Below are positions 9,884-17,883 of a stretch of 64,000 nucleotides of DNA, in pieces. A model generated the notes under the pieces. That model saw only the letters and a list, made by a program, of their open reading frames with translations, was not told the DNA's origin and made no database searches. The stretch comes from an uncultured delta proteobacterium (GTDB taxonomy: Bacteria; Desulfobacterota; Zymogenia; Zymogenales; Zymogenaceae). The position numbers and the translations under genes are program-made. The number at the start of each line of letters is the position of its first letter. The stretch's first letter is position 1. Where the stretch lies: positions 416,001-480,000 of the forward strand of contig CAVTLK010000004.1 of the NCBI GenBank assembly GCA_963735595.1, in the 5' to 3' direction.

Positions 9884-10348
9884 CTATAAATCCAATTCCT
9901 CCACCACGCACTTCGATCCGGGAGCGCACCCCTCGAGCCCCTCGATCGCCCGGATAACCGGCTCCGGCACGGGGGCCTTGGCGTTTGCCCGGTAATCGAA
10001 GGTCACGACTACCGAATCCCCCGTCGCCGCCGCGCCGAGCTTCGGACTCACGACGAGGTATTCCATGGTGAAGTGGGTATTGCCGATGGTGGAGACCCGG
10101 GCGCCGACCGAAAGGGTATCGGGATAGTAGAGGGGTATCCGATAGGTGCAGGAGGTCTTTGCCAGGATCGGCCCAATCCCGATCTGTTTCATGATCTCGA
10201 TCAATCCCGCCTGTTCCAGGTAGCGCATACGCGCCGTCTCGAAATACCGAAAATAGATGATGTTGTTGAGGTGGCCGAGGGCGTCCATCTCGCCCCAGGC
10301 AATGGGGATCGAGACGACGACCGGGTAGTCCTTCAGCTCATTGGTCAT
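9884..10348 (-). CDS. Acyl-CoA thioesterase (4HBT/YbgC family)
   Basis: WGEMDALGHLNNIIYFRYFETAR. Confidence 0.92.
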   Translation of the reverse strand: MTNELKDYPVVVSIPIAWGEMDALGHLNNIIYFRYFETARMRYLEQAGLIEIMKQIGIGPILAKTSCTYRIPLYYPDTLSVGARVSTIGNTHFTMEYLVVSPKLGAAATGDSVVVTFDYRANAKAPVPEPVIRAIEGLEGCAPGSKCVVEELDL

Positions 10349-10378
10349 GGGCGGCTCCTTTGGCGATGTATCCGTATA

Positions 10379-10939
10379 TCATCGGCCGGTATAGTGGTCA
10401 ATAAAGAGGTATTCCGACAACGCCTTACGGGGCGGGCGCCCCCGCTCCGCCTTGATCTGGTTCTCGCTCAGGTATGGCTTCAGCTCGGTCGTGTGCTTCC
10501 CAACGTTGACCAGCGTAATCAGGGTCGCGTCCGCCGGGATGCCGAGGACCTCCTTTGCCCTGTTCTCGTCGTACCCGGCAATGGGGTGGGCTACGAGGCC
10601 CAGCTCCGTGGCCTGCAGGACTATAAAGGCCACCGCCACGCCTGCGTCAAACAGGAAGTAGTCGCGCCCGGGCATCATGCAGTCGTCCTCTTTTTTAGCA
10701 AACGCCGCGATGATGAGGGACGAGTCCCTGGCCCACCGGTTTCCTTCCGAGAGCGCCGCATGGAGCTTGCCGAGCGCCTCCGGCCCGTAGACGAAGACGA
10801 AGCGCCAGGGCTGGTTGTTGTTGCAGGACGGCGCAAGCCCCGCGGCGCCGGCCAGGTCCTCCACCAACTCTTGTGTGATCGTCACCGGCACGAAGGAACG
10901 GTACGCACGCCTTGTCATGATCGCTTCTTTCACGTCCAT
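10379..10939 (-). CDS. Nitroreductase family protein
   Basis: RRAYRSF, APSCNNNQPWRF, LQATELGL. Confidence 0.92.
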   Translation of the reverse strand: MDVKEAIMTRRAYRSFVPVTITQELVEDLAGAAGLAPSCNNNQPWRFVFVYGPEALGKLHAALSEGNRWARDSSLIIAAFAKKEDDCMMPGRDYFLFDAGVAVAFIVLQATELGLVAHPIAGYDENRAKEVLGIPADATLITLVNVGKHTTELKPYLSENQIKAERGRPPRKALSEYLFIDHYTGR

Positions 10940-11296
10940 GGCACACCTCGCAGTATCGCCGTTACCGCTCTCTAACGGAAACGGGGTATTCTACAATATA
11001 ATTATATCACGAATGACAGATTCCATATATCCTCACCAACCCTATTCAGTCTCGTCCTGCGACGGCGCAGCGCGATGCGCCCATCGGCCCGCGGCTGGGC
11101 GCGGCGTATATAATGGGAAAATTATCTGTTGACAATTCCCTATGGTAAGGGATAAAAATAGGCATCAGTATACTTCTACCCGTATCGGTCGAGAGGCGGG
11201 CGGGCGGGAAATACCGGCCAATCCCCGACAGGGCACGGCCCTCCGACGGGGGACGACGGTTGCCCGCGGCGGCCATGAAACATCGAGGTGCCGAAC

Positions 11297-11806
11297 ATGA
11301 TACAGAATCACCGGGCGATCATCGCGTGTATCGCAGCCGTTCTCATCGCGATCCCGGTCGCGGCCTGGGCGGAGTCCGCCGAGGACTGGCTGAGGAAGGC
11401 CAAAGAAGAGACCAATCCCGAGCTGCAGGTCGAGTATTTCACGAAAGCCATCCGGCTCAACCCCGAGCTTGCCGAGGCCTACACCGGCCGGGGAACCGCC
11501 AACAGCGACCTGGGCAGGTACGACAAGGCCATCGCGGACTACACGAGCGCGATCGCGCTCAACCCGGATATCGCCCAGACCTATAATAACCGGGGATACG
11601 CGTACGAGATGTTGGGGCGGCACGACAAGGCCATCGCGGACTATACCCGTGCCATACGGATCGAGCCGCACTATGCCAGTGCGTTCAACAACCGGGGGGT
11701 CGCCTACTATAACGCGGGGCTTAAGGACGAGGCGCTGGCAGATTTCGACAAGGCCTGCAAATACGGGAACAAGGAGGGGTGCGAGAACTATTATAAGGTC
11801 AAGTGA
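11297..11806 (+). CDS. Secreted tetratricopeptide-repeat protein
   Basis: Signal peptide ending AWA, three TPRs (AY.NRG...AIADYT.AI.L.P), C-terminal KAC..G...GC. Confidence 0.88.
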   Translation: MIQNHRAIIACIAAVLIAIPVAAWAESAEDWLRKAKEETNPELQVEYFTKAIRLNPELAEAYTGRGTANSDLGRYDKAIADYTSAIALNPDIAQTYNNRGYAYEMLGRHDKAIADYTRAIRIEPHYASAFNNRGVAYYNAGLKDEALADFDKACKYGNKEGCENYYKVK

Positions 11807-11820
11807 GCCGCCCACCGGAT

Positions 11821-11849
11821 CGGAGGGCCGTTCGCGAACGGCCCCTACA
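11821..11849 (-). repeat. GTAG-type REP-like palindrome
   Basis: Minus strand GTAGGGGCCGTTCGCGAACGGCCCTCCG: GTAG followed by a palindrome, just after a stop codon. Confidence 0.6.
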
Positions 11850-11953
11850 AAGGGAGGACGGACACCACATGTGGTGACCCTGCAGGTGCTAAACCGTTAC
11901 GTATTTGTATCCGTAGGGTACGACATGTCATGTCGTTCCCGTCTTGTTTTCAC

Positions 11954-11991
11954 TGTCATTGCGAGGGCGCGCCAGCGCCCGTGGCAATCCC
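11954..11991 (+). repeat. GTCATTGCGAG...GCAATC-type extragenic palindromic element
   Basis: TGTCATTGCGAGGGCGCGCCAGCGCCCGTGGCAATCCC with nested stems ATTGC/GCAAT and GGGCGC/GCGCCC. Confidence 0.5.
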
Positions 11992-12191
11992 CTTACTGTC
12001 ACCGGGAATAACACGTAAGGCCCGCCGTTTTCGCCCGCCCGGCGCGTCACAACCCCTCAACCCCCCGGTCTCCCCCCGCCAGATACCATTTGACAAAACC
12101 GTCGTCATCTGGTAAATTTCTAAAATTACCGTTCATCAAAGCGACAAATCCATCGGCTGCGGGAGAGACTCCGCGCACATTGAGGGAAGCC

Positions 12192-13415
12192 ATGACGAAT
12201 GACGCGATCGACGAGACGACCACCAACAACTCGGGGGATAACGGCGAGACCGGCGTTACCGAATCGAAGGCCGCCTCCGAATATCGCCCGGGGCTGGAGG
12301 GGATCATCGCCACGAGGTCGGCCATCTGCCACATCGACGGCGAAAAGGGAAAGCTCTCCTACCGCGGCATCACCATCGAAGAACTGGCCGAGCACAGCAC
12401 GTTCGAGGAGACCGCCTACCTCCTCCTCTACAACCACCTGCCGAGCGACCGGGAGCTCAAGGAATTCTCCACCCTCATCGCGCGGCAGCGGCACCTGCCC
12501 CTCTCCGTGTCCGAGGCGATCAAGAAATTCCCGGTGGGTATGCACCCGATGCTTGCCCTCCAGTCGGCCGTCGCGCTCCTGCAGGGAGAGGACTTCTATG
12601 CCGACGACGTGTCGTCACCGATCCACAACATACGGCGGTCGATCTCGCTCATCGCCAAGTTCCCCACGATCGTGGCGGCGTTTGACCACTGCAGGAACGG
12701 CGAAGACCCGCTGCCGCCGGTTTCCAAATACAACCATGCCGAGAACTTCCTGTTCATGCTCACGGGAGACCCCGCCGACCCCGGCGTGGCCCGGGTGCTG
12801 GACAAGTGCTTTATCCTCATGGCCGAGCACACGATGAACGCCTCCACCTTCACGTCGCGCGTCGTCGGCTCCACGAACGCGAGCATCTACTCGGCGCTGT
12901 CGGCGGCGGTCGGCGCCCTGTCGGGCTCATTACACGGGGGGGCCAACGAGCGGGTCATACGGACGCTCTATTCCATCGGGAGCGCCGATAACGTGCCGAA
13001 GTATGTCGACGAGATGCTGGATTCGGCAAAAAAGATCATGGGGCTGGGCCACCGTATCTATAAGACCACCGATCCCCGGGCCCCCATCCTGAAATCGTAT
13101 ATCCCGGGGCTGTTGGAAAAGGTCGGAGGGGAGGAGTTCAAGGAGCTCTACGAGATCGCCACCGAGCTCGAGGGCGAGGTAGAAAGGAAGCTCTCCCATA
13201 AGAAGGTCTACCCCAACGTCGATTTTTATTCCGCGGTCGTGCTGGAGATTCTGCGCATCCCGATCGACCTGTTTACCCCGGTTTTCGCCATCGCGCGGTC
13301 GGTTGGCTGGGCGGCACACTGGATGGAGCAGGTCGAGGCAAACCGGATCTTCAGGCCGATCCAGGAATATATCGGAGACCTGAACCGGCCGTATGTCCCC
13401 ATCGAAAGAAGATAG
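12192..13415 (+). CDS. gltA: Citrate synthase (type I/II, Si-face)
   Basis: GLEGI, LSYRG, AEHTMNAST, LHGGANE, MGLGHRIYK..DPRA, YPNVDFYS, FAIARSVGW. Confidence 0.93.
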   Translation: MTNDAIDETTTNNSGDNGETGVTESKAASEYRPGLEGIIATRSAICHIDGEKGKLSYRGITIEELAEHSTFEETAYLLLYNHLPSDRELKEFSTLIARQRHLPLSVSEAIKKFPVGMHPMLALQSAVALLQGEDFYADDVSSPIHNIRRSISLIAKFPTIVAAFDHCRNGEDPLPPVSKYNHAENFLFMLTGDPADPGVARVLDKCFILMAEHTMNASTFTSRVVGSTNASIYSALSAAVGALSGSLHGGANERVIRTLYSIGSADNVPKYVDEMLDSAKKIMGLGHRIYKTTDPRAPILKSYIPGLLEKVGGEEFKELYEIATELEGEVERKLSHKKVYPNVDFYSAVVLEILRIPIDLFTPVFAIARSVGWAAHWMEQVEANRIFRPIQEYIGDLNRPYVPIERR

Positions 13416-13578
13416 GAGAGCGGGCAGGCGGGTATCCCGCGGATATCGCAATCTTCGCAATCTTCCGCTCGCCGCCACCGCCCCGGAGGAACCGTCCTGT
13501 CCCGGCGCGCCGACACGTAGACGGGACAGGGCGTATTGATTTGACTGTCGTTGCTCCATTTCATAACGAGGACACCCC

Positions 13579-14826
13579 ATGAAGACCTACACCTTCACCA
13601 AATCCTACCAGATGTTCGAAGAGGCCAAGAAGTATGTCCCCGGCGGTATCTACGGGCCGAGGAGCCCGATGTTCCTTACCTTCGGCTCGTACCCCTGCTT
13701 CCTTGAGCGGGGAAAGGGCTGCCATATCTGGGACGTGGACGGCAACGAGTATATCGACTATATGTGCTCGTTCGGCACCAATATCCTGGGGCTGGGGCAT
13801 CCCGGGGTGGAGGCGGCGGCCAAGCGGCAGGAAGACCTCGGCAACTGCTTCACGCTCCCCTCAAGCCGGTGGAACGAGCTGGCAAAGCGGCTGGTGGGGC
13901 TGATCTCCGGCATGGGCTGGACGGTATTTTCCAAGAACGGTTCCGACGTGACTACGTATGCCATCACGGTGGCCCGCCACTTCACCAAGAAGCGGGTCGT
14001 CATCATGGCAAACGGCGTCTATCACGGGTCCCACTTCTGGTGCGTCCATAACGTCAACGGAATCCCCCCGGAATACAAGGCGCACGTCGAGCACTTTGAT
14101 TACAACGACGTCGCGGGGCTCACGGCCCTGTTCGAAAAGCATAAGGACGACGTGGCGGCGGTAATTCTCACGCCCTTCCACCATCCGGCGATGGCCGACC
14201 AGGTGCTGCCGGCAAAGGGCTTCTATGACGCGGTGCGCTCGCTGTGCGATAAGAACGGGTCGCTCCTGATCATGGACGACATCCGGTGCAACTTCCGGCT
14301 CCACCTCAACGGCTCCCACGTCTTTTTCGGGGCCAAGCCGGACCTGGTGACGATGGGAAAGGCGATGGCAAACGGGCATCCGATCGGGGCCTGCCTGGGC
14401 ACCGAGCGGCTCAAGGAAGCGGCGACGGGGGTCTATTTCTCCGGCACGCATTTCTTTGCGGCGGTGCCCATGGCCGCGGCGATGGCGACCATGGACATCA
14501 TCGAGGAAGAGGGGGTCATCGAGAAGGTGGCACAGCTCGGCGTGTCGCTGAGGACGGGACTGCTGGGCCTGGCCAAGGACGCGGGGCTTTCGGTGGTCTA
14601 TACCGGGGCTGACGCGATCCCCTTCATGCGGTTTGACAACGACCCGGTCTTTGACGTGAACCGGCTCTTCTGCGGCGAGGCGGCAAAGCGGGGGATCTTC
14701 TTCCACCCCCACCACAACTGGTTTCTGTCGGCGGCCCACACCGAGGCCGATATCACACATACGCTCGAGGTGTCGCGGGAGGCGTTCAAGGCCGTTTCCG
14801 AGCACCTCGCGGCTAAGAAGGGGTAG
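13579..14826 (+). CDS. Class III PLP aminotransferase (glutamate-1-semialdehyde aminomutase-like subfamily)
   Basis: WDVDGNEYIDY, KNGSDVT, YHG, MDDIR, MGKAMANG (PLP lysine). Confidence 0.88.
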   Translation: MKTYTFTKSYQMFEEAKKYVPGGIYGPRSPMFLTFGSYPCFLERGKGCHIWDVDGNEYIDYMCSFGTNILGLGHPGVEAAAKRQEDLGNCFTLPSSRWNELAKRLVGLISGMGWTVFSKNGSDVTTYAITVARHFTKKRVVIMANGVYHGSHFWCVHNVNGIPPEYKAHVEHFDYNDVAGLTALFEKHKDDVAAVILTPFHHPAMADQVLPAKGFYDAVRSLCDKNGSLLIMDDIRCNFRLHLNGSHVFFGAKPDLVTMGKAMANGHPIGACLGTERLKEAATGVYFSGTHFFAAVPMAAAMATMDIIEEEGVIEKVAQLGVSLRTGLLGLAKDAGLSVVYTGADAIPFMRFDNDPVFDVNRLFCGEAAKRGIFFHPHHNWFLSAAHTEADITHTLEVSREAFKAVSEHLAAKKG

Positions 14827-14829
14827 GCC

Positions 14830-15204
14830 GTGTACCTGCACCACTCCGGCATAAAGTCGGCCGATATTGACAAGTCGCTGGACTTCTACACGCGGATCCT
14901 GGGCCTCGAGGTGCTCGAGCGGATAGACCTGGTGGGAAGGCGTTTCTATTTTATCGGCAACGACAAGACCCGTATCGAGATCGAACAATCCAACCCCGGC
15001 GACGAGATGATCAACGTGGATAAGGGGTACGGCCTCTATCACCTGGCCTTTGCCGTGGAGGACCTCGAAGGGCTGGCCGCCCGGCTCAAGGCCGAGTCTG
15101 TCAGGTTCATCATGGAACCGATGCAGCTTCGTGCCGACCGCAAGATCGCCTTCATCGAGGACCCGGACGGGGTCAGGATACAGCTGATCGAGTTCGTGGC
15201 GTAA
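14830..15204 (+). CDS. VOC / glyoxalase family protein
   Basis: LHHSGI...SLDFYTRILG, YHLAFAVEDL, FIEDPDGVRIQLIE. Confidence 0.9.
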   Translation: MYLHHSGIKSADIDKSLDFYTRILGLEVLERIDLVGRRFYFIGNDKTRIEIEQSNPGDEMINVDKGYGLYHLAFAVEDLEGLAARLKAESVRFIMEPMQLRADRKIAFIEDPDGVRIQLIEFVA

Positions 15205-15407
15205 ACCCCCGACCGACCCGACGGGGCGCCCGTCCACGAGGAGGACCGCGGGCAATGTCCTCACACACACCCTATCGCGTCCGAACGTCCGACCGACGGC
15301 AAGCGGGTAATTCCGTAGAAAACCGGGCCGGATTTTATCGTTATATGAACCCCTCTCTGTGAGGGGTTTTCTATTTTCAGATACCGATTTACCGGGAGGT
15401 AAAGCTC

Positions 15408-16199
15408 ATGGCAGACCTCGTGCGGGTGACCGCGGACGGCGGGATCGCCGTTGTCTTGCTCAACCGGCCGGAGACGTTTAGCGCCTTTGACCTCGATATG
15501 GTGAGGGAAATGGCCGACCGTCTCATCGAGGTCGGGGCGGACGGCGCGGTACGGGGGGTAGTGATCGGCGGGGAAGGGAAGGCCTTCTGTGCCGGCGGCG
15601 ACCTGAAGTATATCCTTGGGTACCCCGGCGGCGTCCACGCCGCCTTTATGACGCTGGCCGCCCATTTCCATCGCGCGGTGCTGGAGATCAGGGGGATGGG
15701 AAAGCCGGTGGCGGCGGCCGTAAACGGGGCCGCCGCGGGCGGAGGGTTCTCTCTGGCGCTGGCGTGCGATTTCCGGGTGATGGCGGCCTCGGCGCTTCTG
15801 ATCCAGGGCTATACGTCGCGCGGCCTTTCCATCGACGGCGGGGGGACGTGGACGCTTCCCCGGATCGTGGGGGCGGCCCGGGCGCTGGAGATCGCCGCCT
15901 TCGACGAGCCGATCGACGCGAAAAGGGCGCTGGCATGGGGGCTTGTTACGAAAGTAGTCGATAACGACACCGCTGTTGCCGAGGCCGTGGCGCTCGTTAA
16001 GAAGATCGCCGCGGGATCGCCCGAATCGTTTACCTGGAGCAAGCGGCTGATCAACGAATCTTTTGATACTCCGCTTGCCGTCCAGCTCGAACGCGAGCGG
16101 GAGGGAATCGCGGCCTGCGGCTCGTCGAAAAACGGGATCGAGGGCCTGCGGTCTTTTGTCGAGAAACGGGCAGCGGTGTACAGTCGTGAACGTAAATAG
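15408..16199 (+). CDS. Enoyl-CoA hydratase/isomerase family protein (PaaG-like)
   Basis: LNRP, AFCAGGDL, KPVAAAVNGAAAGGGFSLALACD, GLSIDGG. Confidence 0.9.
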   Translation: MADLVRVTADGGIAVVLLNRPETFSAFDLDMVREMADRLIEVGADGAVRGVVIGGEGKAFCAGGDLKYILGYPGGVHAAFMTLAAHFHRAVLEIRGMGKPVAAAVNGAAAGGGFSLALACDFRVMAASALLIQGYTSRGLSIDGGGTWTLPRIVGAARALEIAAFDEPIDAKRALAWGLVTKVVDNDTAVAEAVALVKKIAAGSPESFTWSKRLINESFDTPLAVQLEREREGIAACGSSKNGIEGLRSFVEKRAAVYSRERK

Positions 16200-16221
16200 C
16201 CGCATCGGATTGTACAGTCTG

Positions 16222-16249
16222 AGCCGCCCATTACGGGCGGCTTTCTATT
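16222..16249 (+). terminator. Probable intrinsic terminator
   Basis: AGCCGCCC-attac-GGGCGGCT then TTCTATT, 22 bp after the stop codon. Confidence 0.55.
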
Positions 16250-16655
16250 CTGCCGCAACACCAAGGGACTTAGAACTCCCGTTGCCGCGCAAAAGGGAGG
16301 GCATCAGGTGTTTGGCCTGCACGATTCGCAACCCGTTTCTTCGATCCTGCCAAAATTTAAAAGTGCAGGACTGGCCTTTCTCCGGTCCTAAACAGGCATA
16401 TAGGTGTAAGAACGTTGTATAATGTAACTCCGAATTAATAGGACGCATGCATAAGCGTAAGTCCCTTTCTGATTATGAAAGCGTTTTATTGTTGACAAAC
16501 CTATTACGCTATTATACTAAATAATTATTCGATATTAGTATATTGTATACATATGTATGCTCGATAGGATGTTAATGTATCCATGCTATTTATTAAGAAC
16601 GGACGCATAACAAATCAATGCGTCCTATTTGACCATCAAAAGAGGAAAAACAGCC

Positions 16656-17246
16656 ATGACGGACGAAAAAACAGTAACCAACATAGCGATACGGGCCTCC
16701 TATGATTCCATCCGCGAGATCGTTGGCGAGAAGGCCGGGGACATGATCTTTAAAAGCGTTGGCCTGGAGCAAGTCCTGGAATCTCCTCCGGACTATACCT
16801 TGGACAAGAACTTCACCAACAAGCAGCAGCTCGATATCTATGTCGAAACCGTAAACCTCGTGGGGGCGGTGGGGGCGCAGGGGATCTTACGGCTCATCGG
16901 GTACAAGAATTCAGAGACTTCCATCCTCAAGTTCGGGATACTCGACCACCTCAAGGATCTACCGCAAGACGAGCGGATTGTGAAGTCCTTCGAGTTCCTG
17001 AAGATGGTGATAAACAAGGGCCGGGTGGTCGCGCCCGGCGGCGGATTTCCGGCATTTGACGTCTTCGACTGCCTGATGTGCGTTGACATCACGAGCAGGA
17101 AACCCTACTGTTCGCAGTACGCCGGGGCTCTCCAGTTTCTTACCGACTGGGTATACGGCAAGGGTATCTACCTCGTAAGGGAAACGAAATGCAGGGCGCT
17201 GGGAGACGATACGTGCCTGTTCGAAGTAGAAAAGAGAGAACGGTAA
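16656..17246 (+). CDS. Second stand-alone V4R domain protein
   Basis: DCLMC...PYC...VRETKCRALGDDTCLFEV; AGAGG RBS. Confidence 0.8.
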   Translation: MTDEKTVTNIAIRASYDSIREIVGEKAGDMIFKSVGLEQVLESPPDYTLDKNFTNKQQLDIYVETVNLVGAVGAQGILRLIGYKNSETSILKFGILDHLKDLPQDERIVKSFEFLKMVINKGRVVAPGGGFPAFDVFDCLMCVDITSRKPYCSQYAGALQFLTDWVYGKGIYLVRETKCRALGDDTCLFEVEKRER

Positions 17247-17369
17247 GAGAGAGAAGTACGGGGTTGACGTCGGCGAATTGTACTATTGATTCCGTATTGC
17301 CGCTATCGGCTGTGCCGGTCTGAAGTAGATGTTCCCGTTACCTGTTAATACGGTAGGATAGTCGGAGCA

Positions 17370-17406
17370 AAATAAACTAAAGGGCCGCCCGTTTTCGGGC
17401 GGCTTT
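17370..17406. terminator. Bidirectional terminator between the V4R gene and tRNA-Glu
   Basis: GCCGCCCG-tttt-CGGGCGGC hairpin with an A-rich left flank and T-rich right flank. Confidence 0.6.
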
Positions 17407-17415
17407 GTGATTTCT

Positions 17416-17493
17416 TGGCGACCCCAAGGGGATTCGAACCCCTGTTGTCGGCGTGAAAAGCCGATGTCCTGGGCCTGACTAGACGATGGGGTC
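17416..17493 (-). tRNA. tRNA-Glu(TTC)
   Basis: Reverse complement GACCCCATCGTCTAGTCAGGCCCAGGACATCGGCTTTTCACGCCGACAACAGGGGTTCGAATCCCCTTGGGGTCGCCA. Confidence 0.96.
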
Positions 17494-17632
17494 GCTGTTT
17501 GTCTCGGTTACCGGCCTATCCCCGCATGTGTGGGGAGCTACCTCGTTAATCCACTACTCTGTAAATGAAGCGTCAACACTTCTCAACCGTTCTGTAATGC
17601 ACCGGCGGTGTTTGATCCCGCCGGTTTTTTTC

Positions 17633-17708
17633 TGGTAGGGCGTACTGGATTCGAACCAGTGACTCTCTGCTTAAAAGGCAGATACTCTACCGACTGAGTT
17701 AACGCCCC
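17633..17708 (-). tRNA. tRNA-Lys(TTT)
   Basis: Reverse complement GGGGCGTTAACTCAGTCGGTAGAGTATCTGCCTTTTAAGCAGAGAGTCACTGGTTCGAATCCAGTACGCCCTACCA. Confidence 0.96.
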
Positions 17709-17883
17709 GTCTTGGTACGAACCTTTAGGTTAAATAGTTCCTGCCCGCTTGTCAAGTCTTTTTTGCCGCCCGCGTCCAATTATTTCTCTGCCCGTGATAC
17801 TCCCACTATGGCCCACTATGGGCTGCCGTCCGGTATCACGTGTATCGGATGTACGCAGGCGGGCTTCCGGCGGAACCCCGGCC

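Noticed and set aside
12140..12190. Glycine-riboswitch-like GGAGAGAC upstream of citrate synthase
   Set aside because: The remaining aptamer elements (CCGAAG, CTCTCAGG) are not present.
13861..15270. Long antisense ORFs (also 35982..37463, 53152..54549, 55373..56716, 25355..26626)
   Set aside because: Typical stop-poor shadow frames of GC-rich genes with no recognisable domains.
1216..17415. Integrative element or prophage at tRNA-Glu
   Set aside because: No integrase, phage genes or duplicated tRNA 3' end seen; composition is mostly host-like.
17494..17632. CRISPR array
   Set aside because: Only one repeat-like unit and no spacer-repeat periodicity; reported as a solitary repeat instead.
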